64,000 nt of DNA, taken from contig OX597830.1 of NCBI GenBank assembly GCA_951406725.2, forward strand, positions 64,294,001-64,358,000. The letters are read 5' to 3'. The stretch comes from Octopus vulgaris (Eukaryota). The position numbers and the translations under genes were made by a program. This document shows, piece by piece, positions 1 through 12,710 of this stretch (positions are counted from its first letter, which is position 1; the number at the start of each line of letters is the position of its first letter). Under the pieces are notes generated by a model. That model saw nothing but the letters and a program-made list of their open reading frames with translations, had not been told where the DNA came from and did no database searches.

Positions 1-215
1 ATACTGCATTTGTCGCTCTCAGCTATGTTATCAATTCTGCATCTCACATAGTTCGCGGAAGAAGAACAATTTCACTATTGGCAAGTAAGGGTTGTTTATC
101 GTGTAAATTGCCCGTGGGCCTCCCACAGTTGAGGTGACCGCTAATAACCCAGAATTAGCGGTCAATGGTTCGAAATTCGTTGACATAGCGTTTCTTTGAA
201 GGATACAAATAATTA

Positions 216-515
216 CATTATTTGCATTATTTACATTTGATGGATATTTGTCTTCATCTTGTTTGTTGTTAGCACAACATTTCGGCTGACATAAATTCCA
301 GCCTTCATCAGGTGTCTTGGGGAAATTTCGAACCTGAGTTCTCATTTTTCGATGTTATTATTATTATTATTATTATCATTATTATTATTATTATTCCGGT
401 CACTGCCTGGAATCGAACTCGGAATCTTGGGATTAGTAGCCCGCGCTCTTAACCACTGCGCCATATGCCCATGTAAATAATGTACATAATTCCTCATCTC
501 TTAAATATAGAACTG
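216..515 (-). mobile_element. Composite tRNA-headed SINE with (AAT)n spacer and Penelope-type hammerhead-bearing tail, plus inverted copy of its 3' end (copy 1)
   Basis: Minus strand: head 470-398 with A box TGGCGCAGTGG and B box GTTCGATTCC, then (AAT)n, then CTGATGA-aggctg..cagcc-GAAA, ending in gtaaataat-type repeats. 471-515 is an inverted 3' tail. Direct repeat TACAAATAATTA at 204-215 and 516-527 (TSD). Homologous to 29279-30225. Confidence 0.8.
271..317 (-). ncRNA. Minimal type I hammerhead ribozyme motif (slightly degenerate)
   Basis: Reverse complement reads gacac CTGATGA a GGCTG gaatttatgt CAGCC GAAA tgtt gtgct: both core boxes, a 5-bp stem II, and stem I cac/gtg. The sister copy at 29345-29380 has the canonical GAAACGTT (palindromic stem III, GUU triplet). 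Confidence 0.65.
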
Positions 516-742
516 TACAAATAATTAGATTGGTTTTCCTGTTGAGGAATGCTGCAGAGTTTTGCAGTATATGGAGTTTCTCAAGGAGGCAGAGTTCGGA
601 ATTAAGGGATCTTAATTAAGGGATCTTAATGTGTGTTTGTGTGCATGTGTGCACGTGTGCGTGTGTACGTGTGCGTGTGTACGTGTGCGTGTATGCATGT
701 GTGTTTATATGTATTTGATGGATCATTTTATATACACTTTGT

Positions 743-1044
743 TCTTTTTACTCTTTTACTTGTTTCAGTCATTCGACTGCGGCCATGCTGGAATACTGCC
801 TTCAGTCGAACAAATCGACCCCAGGACTTATTCTTCGTAAGCCTAGTACTTATGCTATCGGTCTCTTTTGCCGAACCGTTAAGTTACGAGAACGTAAACA
901 CACCAACATCGGTTGTCATGCGATGGAGGGGGTACAAATACGGATATTCACATACAAATTTACACACACACACACACACGTATATATATATATATATATA
1001 TGACAGACTTTTTTCAGTTATATATATATTTATATGACGGGCTT

Positions 1045-1047
<3 letters not shown>
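743..1047 (-). mobile_element. SINE-C, 5'-truncated
   Basis: Matches the tail and body of the full copy at 10661-11081 (ttacttgtttcagtcattcgactgcggccatgctgg...gccgaaccg), with internal CA/TA microsatellite. Confidence 0.85.
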
Positions 1048-1112
<65 letters not shown>

Positions 1113-1158
1113 TGTATGTATATATATATATGTATGTATACACACACATATGATATTT

Positions 1159-1381
1159 CTGGCAGAAACGTTAGCACGCCGGGCGAAATGCGTAGCCGTA
1201 TTTCGTCTGCCGCTACGTTCTGAGTTCAAATTCCGCCGAGGTTGACTTTGCCTTTCATCCTTTCGGGGCCGATAAATTAAGTACCAGTTATGCACTGGGG
1301 TCGATATAATCGACTTAATCCGTTTGCCTGTCCTTGTTAGTCCTCTCTGTGTTTAGCCCCTTGTGGGTAGTAAAGAAATAG
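1159..1381 (+). mobile_element. SINE-B monomer
   Basis: ctggcagaaacgttagcacgccgggcgaaatgcg...gagttcaaattcc (B box)...gcctttcatcctttcgggg..gataaattaagtaccag. TSD GATATTTCT at 1152-1160 and 1381-1389. Confidence 0.85.
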
Positions 1382-2199
1382 ATATTTCTTTATGTTATTG
1401 TTATGACTGATGGTGGTGGCGGTGGTAGCGGTTGGCGATTCGTGGATTTGTCCTTTTCTTCTGCAATTTTCTCACCGCTTGCAAAAATACTGAAAGATAA
1501 AGCAAAGCGACAGGATGGGACAACGTGGAGAGATATAGAAAGAAAATTACATATAGAAAAAGAGAGAGAGAGATAGAGAGAGAAAGGGGAGAAAGACAGG
1601 AGAGAGAGAGATGAAAGAGAAGAGAGAAAAAGAGAGGAAGACAAAAAAAATAAGAATGAATGAATGAAGAGAATAAAGTGAGAAGTCGTGAGAGTAGTTA
1701 GAGGAAAGAAAGATGCGCGTCGAGAAAACAAGGGATTGGATGCTACGGCGGCAAGATGGCGTGTGATAATTACGACTTCGCCTTTCTGCTACAAATAAGT
1801 ATATGAAGTAAAGATAGAGGAGGAAAGGGGGGCAGATACATCATACAGCGCCATATTGTGCGTGTAGTATGGCGTAGTTGTTAGAGTGGTTCTTGTACGT
1901 TGTAAGGTAGTGTGTTGTAATGGACGATTAGGGGTGTTTATGGTGTTGTGATAGGAATAATAGCAGACCGAGCAATGATTGTTTATGTTAGCGAACAGAA
2001 GTAATAGAATCGGTTGATTTATTTGACGAGATGGTGGTCGAGACCCTCGTGTTATTCACTCACAATAGCTTTTGCTGAAAATTTATTTCCAAGGATCAAG
2101 AAGGATTTTAGGCGTAAATCTTTGATAATCGTAACAAATTGCAAAAAAAAGAAGAAAAAAAAAAACGAAAAGAAAAAGAAATTATAGCATCGTTAATGA

Positions 2200-2601
2200 C
2201 GAAGCTGTTTGGTAAGAAGTTTGCTTCCGAACCACATGGATCCACGTTCAATCGGTCTGCATGGCACCTTGGCTTAGTGTCTTTTAATATAACCTCGAGC
2301 AGACCAAAGCCTTGTGAGAGGATTCAGCAGGCGGAAACTGGAAGAAGCCCGTTATATGTACGTATGTATGTATGTATGTATATACGCACAGGTATGAACA
2401 CACACAAACATATATATATATATATGTATGTATATACACATACGAGCTTCTTTCAGTTTCCGTCTACCAAATCCATTAACAAGGCTTTGGTCGGCCGAGG
2501 CTATAGCAGTGAACATCTTCCCAAGATGACACGCAGTGGAACTGAACCTGGAGCCATGTGGCTGGGAAGCGAGCTTCTTCTCACACAGCTACGCCCACAC
2601 C
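2200..2601. mobile_element. Two SINE-C 5' halves fused tail-to-tail across a TA/CA microsatellite
   Basis: 2200-2353 is a + strand head (tggtaagaagtttgcttcc..ggaaactggaagaagcccgt). 2441-2601 is a - strand head (gagcttctttcagtttccgtctaccaaatcc...). Confidence 0.75.
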
Positions 2602-2623
2602 TATTGATTAATTAGATGAGAAG

Positions 2624-2911
2624 CGAAGGTGCGTGGCTTAGTGGTCAGGGTAAGCGGCTCACGATCGTAAGGCCGTGAGTTTGATACCCATTGCTTCCAG
2701 GCCGCTCAGCAGATAAAAATGAGTTGAACCAGTATTTCAAAGGGCCAGCCTTGTAACATTCTGCGACACACTGAATCTCTCTGAAAACTACGTTAAGGGT
2801 ACATATGTCTGTGAAGTTCTCAGCCACTTGCACGTTCATTTCACGAGCAGGCTGTTCCGTCGATCAGATTAACTGGAGGACTCGTCGTCGTAACCGACGG
2901 AGGCCCAGTTA
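2624..2911 (+). mobile_element. SINE-A (tRNA-derived), internally shorter copy
   Basis: A box tggcttagtgg. Body atttcaaagggccagccttg..ctacgttaagggt..ttcacgagcaggctgttccg shared with 16508-16892. TSD ATGAGAAG at 2616-2623 and 2912-2919. Confidence 0.8.
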
Positions 2912-3573
2912 ATGAGAAGAGATGTGAAAAAGCGCGTATTGATCTTGAGTAAAAGTGGAGCAGATCGACAAAGAGGCAGAAACCGGGAGAGAGAGAGAGA
3001 AGAAGAAGAAAGGGAAGGAAAAGAGAGGAAAAGGGAAGGTTGAGAGCGATGAGGCTAAAACAGTGTATGGTAGTTGTGTGGTCTTATTTATTTATGAAGA
3101 ATTTAACCCTGAAATCGCTGTTTGAAGCAGTTCGATATTTGTCTTGTTTGTAGTTTGTGATCTCGTTTGACAGGATGAGAGAAAAATAAGGAGGGAGAAA
3201 GAGAGAGGGGAGAAAAGGGGAAGAAGGAGGGAGAATAAAGAGAAGAGGGAGAGAGAATAAAGACAAGGGAAGTGAGAGAGTATAGAAAGAAATAGAAAGA
3301 CAGAGAGATAGAGAAGTGAGGAAATTGTTTACATTCTGTAAAAAATAATAATTTTTATAAGCTTAAAGCTTATAAGCGATCACCATGTATTGACTAAAGA
3401 AAATAGTCTAGTATTGAGGCATGTCAGCCCTCAACGGTAAAAGTGGGTTTTTCCGTACCCACGCAGAAAATTTACGCTTGTTTACATGTTTGGGCATACA
3501 TTAAAACGGTCGTACACACATACGCATTCCCACAAATACAGACAGACATATACATACACCTAGAATATACATG

Positions 3574-3788
3574 TTTCTTTACTACCCACAAGGGGCTAAA
3601 CATAGAGAGGACAAAATAGGACAGACAAACGGATTAAGTCGATTACATCGACCCCAGTGCGTAACTAGTACTTAATTTATGAAAGGCAAAGTCGACCTCG
3701 GCGGAATTTGAACTCAAAACGTAATGGCAGACGAAATACGGCTACGCATTTCGCCCGGCGTGCTAACGTTTCTGCCAGCTCGCCGCCT
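3574..3788 (-). mobile_element. SINE-B monomer with small internal deletion
   Basis: Reverse complement of the 1159-1381 and 4806-5036 sequence. Confidence 0.85.
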
Positions 3789-4805
3789 GAATATACAGTC
3801 ATGTTCAGACATACAGAGACCCACACGCATACGTATATATAACCAAAGCAGACATCGTTAAGGAAAGAACGGCAAAGAGTAAGCATTGAGCGAATAAATA
3901 TTTTGTCATATCGTATCGTGTATTGTGAACAACGATAGCGAAAATGGAGGCATTATAGTAAGTGTGAAAAAATAAAAAGAGAAAGGATAAGATGAATGAG
4001 GGCACGAAGAGGAAAAGAAAAGAAAGAATTAGATGACTGTAGGTACGAGGAGAAATGGGAAAGAAAGAGTGTAAGCTGAATGTGGGTACGATGGGAAAAG
4101 AAAAGAAAGGATGGAAGTGTGTGTTAGATGGTTGTGAAATAAGATAAAGTGAAATGCAATAATATATACAAACTATTTAACGATGAATGTAGGAGGGAAT
4201 AGGAGACGACAAGAGGAAGCGTTTAAGCGATTGGAGAGATAAGAAAGGTAGAAGGGAGAGGCAAGGAAAAGAAAAAAATGAAAAAGGGCTTATTTGTTAG
4301 AGTCATAAAACGTTTATGTTTTCGTAAAGAAAATGTTAAGGGTTCGGAGAATTTGCAAAGAATTTTGAAATGTTCGTAGGGAAATTTTTGGAATTTCAAT
4401 GAGTTTACAAATCAACTCAAGGCTAAGAATAATTTACAAACAGAGCCCAGGGTTTTGTTTTTCGTAAAGAAATTTGGGTATGTTTGAAGAATGGGCAAAG
4501 AATTTTGAAATCTTTGTAGAGAATTTTCGAAACATCAACGAATTTACTAACCAACTCCATGAGAAGAATAATGTTTTACAATATAGATTAGTTTTCATGT
4601 CTTCATTTAGAAATTAGTTCGGTTCTCTAATTTAATGGATTAAATGGAAACATCAAGATGCTGCAATGTACGGTAGCGCATAAGTTAAAAGCGAATTTGA
4701 TTATTGACCAATCGTTTTGAGGTTCACGATTCTTTTATACCTCAAGATCCAAGCATACTGGATAAATGGACTTGTACTATATTTTCTATATTTTGTACTA
4801 TATTT

Positions 4806-5036
4806 AGGCGGCGAGCTGGCAGAAACGTTAACACGCCGGGCGAAATGCGTAGCCGTATTTCGTCTGCCGCTACGTTCTGAGTTCAAATTCCGCCGAGGTC
4901 GACTTTGCCTTTCATCCTTTCGGGGTCGATAAATTAAGTACCAGTTACGCACTGGGATCGATGTAATCGAGATAATCCGTTTGTCTGTCCTTGTTTGTCC
5001 CCTCTGTGTTTAGCCCTTTGTGGGTAGTAAAGAAAT
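4806..5036 (+). mobile_element. SINE-B monomer, full head
   Basis: aggcggcgagctggcagaaacgtt...gagttcaaattccgccgaggtcgactttgcctttcatcctttcggggtcgataaattaagtaccag...gtaaagaaata. Confidence 0.85.
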
Positions 5037-5605
5037 ATATATTTTCTATACGTTTTGTTAAAAGAAAGAATTCAAACGAATGCAATTTCGTAGGGTTACG
5101 GTTGACAAAATTACCATATAACAACGCCTTGTTAAAATATTTATCACTGGGTGGAAACGATATAATATTAATACAAGTTATATTGGGATCATGTTGATTC
5201 TAAATATTGAAGAGATGGTCACAGCTGCGACTAACGCTTATAAAGATCTTCATAATAATTGTCGTATCAGTGATAAACAGAAAAGAAATGCTTGTGTGTG
5301 ATAATTAGAAACGTTGTTGTTATATTACATGCTACGCCCAAACTAAAAAGGCGGATTGAAGGAAACTATCAGGAAATTATCTCTTGCTTATTTTTGTATA
5401 ATATGGGTGAGGTCTATGTTCTATTTGGTTACGAACACCGCTTTTGTTTTTTTAGAATGTTATTATAGTAATGTAAAACATAGTCGAAAGTTTTCTTTAT
5501 CACAAGAAATACTGATGATACATACGCTAATATTATTTGCTAAAGTTTGCAAGACTACATGGAAGGGGGGGTGATTAGAATGTTTGCGGTGCCGAAATTT
5601 GAAAT

Positions 5606-6233
<628 letters not shown>

Positions 6234-6398
6234 TAATATATGAAAGGTAGAACATGTCGGCAGCTGTTTAATAATTAGTCTTTCTACACATGCTTGAAAT
6301 CAACCAAAGTTGTTGGAGTCACACATGTTGGAAACGAAAGATTTTCCAATGGTAGGTAATAGATTCTCATCAACTTCCGGTTTTCACTCTCCGTGCAC

Positions 6399-6461
<63 letters not shown>

Positions 6462-6489
6462 CATCCTTTATCTATCTATCAATCTATCT

Positions 6490-7131
6490 GTCACGCCTCC
6501 CTCCTTCAAACGGGAAGGAAGAGCTATTTTCATCATCCTTGTGGCTATGGCGAAAGAATGTATCTGGTGGACGCGTCTGAAAGGATTGGAGACAAACACT
6601 TTCCTCTCTGGTCAATCTCTCATCAACTTCTTCAAGTACCACTTGAAAAGGAAAGTGAGAGTAGAGAGGCAAGTTTTGTCTAGCGAATGTTTTAAAAAAA
6701 GATGGGTGAATGTAGCAAGAATGGCACGTATGAATGACGAAGCCACCTTGAGCATGATCCTATGAACCCAGAAATTGAAAAGAGAGAGTTGCTTATTCGC
6801 AAAAAAAAAAAAAAAAGAAATATAACATGTGACTCCATTGACCGAGGTTACCGTGGTCTTTTCCGTAGGCTTTTCTTTCCACGGGTAAACCTCACCTGTC
6901 CTCCCCTTTACACTTCATATTGACATTTCTGTGATAACGATCCCTATTGATCAATTTTTTTTCCTCTCCCCCTTTTTTTTAACCCCCCTTTTTTTGTCCT
7001 CTTTCTCTCCTTTTACGATCCCTTTTGATCGAAACTCCCCCTTCCTTTTTTTTTTTTAAACCTTCAAAAGAAAAGCTCTACCTTGTAATTTGTTCTATCT
7101 GTGTGCAGCCCTGTGTGGCTAATAAAGAAAC
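6490..7131 (+). mobile_element. 3' end of an L1/Tx1-type non-LTR retrotransposon inserted in (TATC)n
   Basis: ORF end ...LVAMAKECIWWTRLKG...LINFFKYHLKRKVRVER...F.KRW...MIL* (stop at 6765) resembles the Tx1/L1 ORF2 C-terminus (K..IW..R). T-rich 3'UTR ends cagccctgtgtggctAATAAAgaaa. Flanked both sides by (TATC)n. Confidence 0.7.
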
Positions 7132-7132
7132 A

Positions 7133-7212
<80 letters not shown>

Positions 7213-7232
7213 CATCCTCTATCTATCTATCA

Positions 7233-7312
<80 letters not shown>

Positions 7313-7313
7313 G

Positions 7314-7393
<80 letters not shown>

Positions 7394-7402
7394 CCTACCT
7401 AC

Positions 7403-7462
<60 letters not shown>

Positions 7463-7906
7463 TTATCTATCATCTATCAATCTATCTATCTATACCTGTC
7501 TGTCTGTCTGTCTGCTTGTCAGTCTGTCTCCTTGTCTGTCTGTCTGCTTGTCAGTCTGTCTGTGTATCTACTCACCACCCTCATCTTTGTCTGCACCTGC
7601 TCTTTTCATATTTTCTCTAGTTGTATCTATCAATATGTCTACATTATGAAGTGTAATAAATCATTTTAGCAACAAACAAGAGAAAGATGCAGAAAATAAA
7701 TATTTCATCTATTTTCGCTGACGGGTTACGCTACTCCTGGCTTCCCAAAACTGTCTGGCTTCTCCCTTTCCATACGGTAATACAATTTATTCCACTTTGA
7801 TTAAGGTTTATATTCCCTTTTTGTTAACTCAAACCATCAGTAGTTCACCCACGTTCTAGTTTTCTCAAAGATATCTAATTTACAGTCAGCAATATAATTT
7901 TTCAAT

Positions 7907-8412
7907 GGCACTCCGTCCGTTACGACAACGAGGGTTCCAGTTGATCCGATCAACGGAACAGCCTACTAGCTGGCAGAATCGTTGAGTTCAAATTCCGCCG
8001 AGGTTGACTTTGTCTTTCATCCTTTCAGGATCGATTAAATAAGTACCAGTTACGCACTGGGGGCGATATAATCGACTTAATCCATGTGTCTGTCCTTGTT
8101 TGTCCTCTTTGTGTTTGGCCCCTTGTGGGTAGTAAAGAAATAGGTATTTCGTCTGTCTTCACGTTCTGAGTTCAAATTCCGCCGAGGTTGACTTCACTTT
8201 TCATCCTATCAGGATCGATAAATTAAGTACCAGCTGCGTATTGGGGTCTATCTAATCGATTGGCCCCCTTCCCAAGTAGAGGAGTAGAAAAGAAAAGAAA
8301 TTAATCTGGGAGTGGCTGAACACTCCCACTACCCTTAACGTAGTTCTCTGAAAGATTCAGCGTGACACAGAATGTGACAAGGCGGGCCCTTCGAAATACA
8401 GGTACTATTCAT
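7907..8412 (-). mobile_element. SINE-A (5'-truncated) interrupted by a + strand SINE-B dimer at about 7968-8300
   Basis: 7907-7967 is the reverse complement of the SINE-A tail. 8299-8412 continues its body (cccttaacgtagttctc...ggcccttcgaaatacaggt). SINE-B units lie between. Confidence 0.8.
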
Positions 8413-8803
8413 TTCAATGAGTAGTTATATACTCATTGAAATGTATAATGTGTAATGAAACTACTCATTTCATTACACACGGACAATACCTAGAAACTCG
8501 AGTCCGTGTGTATCATGTTAGGTTGAAGATGGGAAGGATGGCTCCCCTTTGCAGATACTGATAGGGCACAGAAAGTGTGTCTATAGCCAGCTGGAGGTGG
8601 TGTCCTCCTGAGTCTACAAGCTACAGTAGCATCCACCCTTAGGGGTTAGCCACATTTAAGTGGCAAATATACTTCACGATGTCGTGCAGGTACTGCTTAT
8701 AACTCGCTCAGAGATTTAATATTTCATGTGTAAATAAATAGACATTAATTCAATCAAACTAGAATATGCATCGTCAAACTGACGAAGATCCATTTTTTAA
8801 ATA

Positions 8804-8883
<80 letters not shown>

Positions 8884-8889
<6 letters not shown>

Positions 8890-9112
8890 AATTTAGAACA
8901 GTAAAAGGTTGTTATTATAGTGCTCGGAGTTTCGAATGTCGGAGCGAAGAGCTACGTACGATACATTCTCGTCGGCTATTAATGGCAACGGTTTTTCATA
9001 GTGTCTGTTGCCATTAATAACCAACGAGAATGCATCGTAGCTCTTCGCTCCGATATTCGAAACTCCGAGTACTATAACGACAACCATTTATTATTTGTAC
9101 TAAATTATAACA
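8884..9112. mobile_element. Foldback palindrome / MITE-like element, about 230 bp
   Basis: Arms 8907-8991 and 9005-9085 are reverse complements with few mismatches (mostly transitions, one 4-nt duplication). Outer extension tgttataatttag / ctaaattataaca. Confidence 0.75.
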
Positions 9113-9170
9113 TATACAAATAAATAATCCTCTATTTCTCTAATATCAGGTCTCATTCTTTTGTTGTTAC

Positions 9171-9626
<456 letters not shown>

Positions 9627-9647
9627 ATTATTTATTTATTTATTTAC

Positions 9648-9702
<55 letters not shown>

Positions 9703-9707
9703 ATCAC

Positions 9708-9785
<78 letters not shown>

Positions 9786-10617
9786 TATCATCACCATCAT
9801 CATCATTATTATTATTAATATTATTATTATAATAATTTCCAGCTTGGTAGAATCTGTCTCGTCACTAACATTTTATATCCTCGGTAAAATCCGGGTCCTT
9901 AAAAAAGTAAAACTGTGGGTCTACGTAAACAAATCGATTAAATTATATTTATAGGAAAGTTTGTTTATAAGAAGAGTTTGGTAGCCAGGGCTGTCCTTGC
10001 TCTTAGTCTGAGAGAGAGAAAAAGAAATTGGATCTGGTGTCGCTTCCGTTGCAAAGCAAGTAAATGAATAAAATATCGCTATTTTCTTTCTCTTTCTGTC
10101 TATCTGTTTCACTCTCCTTATTTGTCTTTCTCTGTGTCCTTCATCCCCTCTCTCCCTTTTACCCTTTCCCTTCATTTCACCCATTTCTCCCTTTCACCTT
10201 CTCTTCCCCTTCTCTCTCTCTCCCCCTCTCTCTCTCTTTCTCAACTTTACATTTGGACGAAGGATAATATCCCGAAACGTTACATTGGTTACTCCTCACA
10301 TCCACTAAAATTATGGATCTCTTTTCCGAACCCTTTTCCTATTAATACGCGCGTAGTCCTTAAAAGACCCTCTCCCCACATCTGCCACCATCACCACCTC
10401 ACTAAATATATAAAAAAAAGAATGTCTTCGTCAAAGACCAAGTACATTATAACTACTTATCAATAATCTATAATGGACCGTCAACCATCTGTTCAGCAAT
10501 ACTTTCCACTCGGGGCTATACACAACTGATGTTCTGCTCTTATCCTCAAATCTTATTCTCGAACGGGAAACGATCCGTAGAGCCCTGCGATATAGGATAA
10601 TGTCGAAGCTCTAAAAA

Positions 10618-10660
<43 letters not shown>

Positions 10661-10662
<2 letters not shown>

Positions 10663-10880
10663 TCTTTTACTCTTTTACTTGTTTCAGTCATTTGACTGCG
10701 GCCATGCTGGAGCACCGCCTTTAATCGAGCAACTCGACCCCGGGACTTATTATTTGTAAGCCCAGTACTTATTCTATCGGTCTCTTTTGCCGAACCGCTA
10801 AGTGACGGGGACATAAACTCACCAGCATCGGTTGTCAAGCAATGCTAGGGGGACAGACACAGACATACACGCACACACAC

Positions 10881-10918
<38 letters not shown>

Positions 10919-11081
10919 GACAGGCTTCTTTCAGTTTCCGTCTACCAAATCCACTCACAAGGCTTTGGTCGGCCCGAGGCTATAGTAGAAGACACTCGTC
11001 CAAGGTGCCACGCAGTGGGACTCAACCCGGAACCATATGGTTGGTAAACAAGCTACTTACCACACAGCCACTCCTGCGCCT
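10661..11081 (-). mobile_element. SINE-C, full length
   Basis: Head aggcgcaggagtggctgtgtggtaag (A box)...B-box-like gggttgagtccc, body gcaccttggacgagtgtcttctactatagcc, internal (TA)n/(TG)n, tail ggcggtgctccagcatggccgcagtcaaatgactgaaacaagtaaaagagtaaaagag. Confidence 0.9.
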
Positions 11082-11379
11082 ATATATATATAATACAGTT
11101 GATCTCGAATGCGATAACACGTCGTTACAAGTGTTTTCCCCTGAAGCAGAGCAAGAAACCTCCCGTAATATTCAGCTATAAAACTAGTTTTTCATTAATG
11201 GCTTTAATCCTTTCATCGCCAACGTTAATTAAAATTTAATTTTCGTCTCCAATAATTTCTAAGACATTTTGAAGAGGGAGAGCTTCGGAAGCCGGAAATC
11301 CTGAAATCCTCGAAGCCCACCCATAGATACACATACACATAGACACATGCACGCACACACGCACGCACGCACGCACACA

Positions 11380-11443
<64 letters not shown>

Positions 11444-11866
11444 GTACGCACGCACACCATTAAGTATGTGCGCATATACATTTATATATTAATATATATA
11501 CGTTTGTATACAAAAACACACACACGCACATACCCACATGTATATACTAATAGTATGTGTATATATATACATTTATATATACACTTGTATACAAAAAACA
11601 CACACGCACATACATACACACACACACGTATATATATGCCAAGAAGTATGTATATATATTTATTATATATACACTTGTATGCAAACACACGCACAGGCTC
11701 ACGTGCACACACATACACAATTACACACAAGCACACGCACACACACACACTCACACGTTCACATTGATACATACTCACGTAAATATATGTAACAGTATGT
11801 GTATATTTATACTAATAAATACGCATATGTATACTCAAATATATATTTATATATATATATATATAT

Positions 11867-12424
11867 ACTAGCAAAACGCCCCCGTCCAATAGACGGTGCT
11901 GAGTTGTCAAACATTTAAACCAAATTTTCTCAAAACGACTTGTCCGACCGTCCCATAGGCCTCCCCTTTGAGAAACACTGATTTAACCTAAATTTGAGAC
12001 ACCAACAAAACAAGAAATAAAGATAGACTTTTTTCTATTCCAAAGGAAAACGATTTTATTCACACAAATATGCAACCGAAGAGTTTAAAAGTACCAGTAA
12101 TGATAAGGCTGTTGACTGGGAGAACACAAACATGGTTTAAACAGTAAGCTTGGCAGGAAAGAAACATGCCTTTAAGCAGTACAAATACAACAAAAAATGG
12201 AAGGTGCAGTTATGTACAGGTTGACGGAAGAAAAGCAGGACAGAAACGGCTTTATCGATCGCATTCTCACCTGGAATAGATTTTTGTAGTTTTTTTCAAG
12301 ACTTATACACGCCCTGATACCGTCGGTATCTACATATCAAATTTGAGCGCAATCGGATGGAGGATGCCCAAGATCCTAGAAAACAGACAGACAGACAGAG
12401 AGAACGAATTTTATATAATAGATT
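11867..12424. mobile_element. Non-autonomous Helitron/Helentron-like (HINE-type) element
   Basis: Starts tACTAGCaaaacgcccccgtccaatagacgg (terminal CTAG plus small hairpin ccgtc/gacgg). Ends caaatttgagcgcaatcgg...(acag)n...ttttatataataGAT, an architecture typical of these elements. Confidence 0.55.
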
Positions 12425-12552
12425 TGTATATATGCATATACATACAGACATACATGCATGCACACACACCAGACATGTATGTCTATAAATATGTGTGCGT
12501 ATGTGCGTATAATGATACATACATACATACATACATACATACATACATACAT

Positions 12553-12585
<33 letters not shown>

Positions 12586-12610
12586 TACAGAAAGATGTAT
12601 GTTTGTAGAA

Positions 12611-12676
<66 letters not shown>

Positions 12677-12678
12677 GA

Positions 12679-12710
<32 letters not shown>

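Noticed and set aside
23-90. Possible + strand exon (ctctcAG ... GCAA|GTAAGG)
   Set aside because: Splice-like signals only, at the window edge, with no recognisable peptide or partner exon.
398-470. tRNA gene (apparent ACT anticodon), also at 29391-29463 and the heads of SINE-A/B/C
   Set aside because: Acceptor and anticodon stems pair poorly, and each is fused to a repeat body within TSDs. These are SINE heads, not tRNA genes.
535-600. VEECC peptide resembling an insulin A chain
   Set aside because: The remaining cysteines are missing in frame, and it is on the opposite strand from the B-chain-like motif at 22.8 kb.
1752-1858. YY1-like motifs (CAAGATGGCG, GCGCCATATTG) as a promoter
   Set aside because: Short motifs with no CpG island or linked exon; not supportable.
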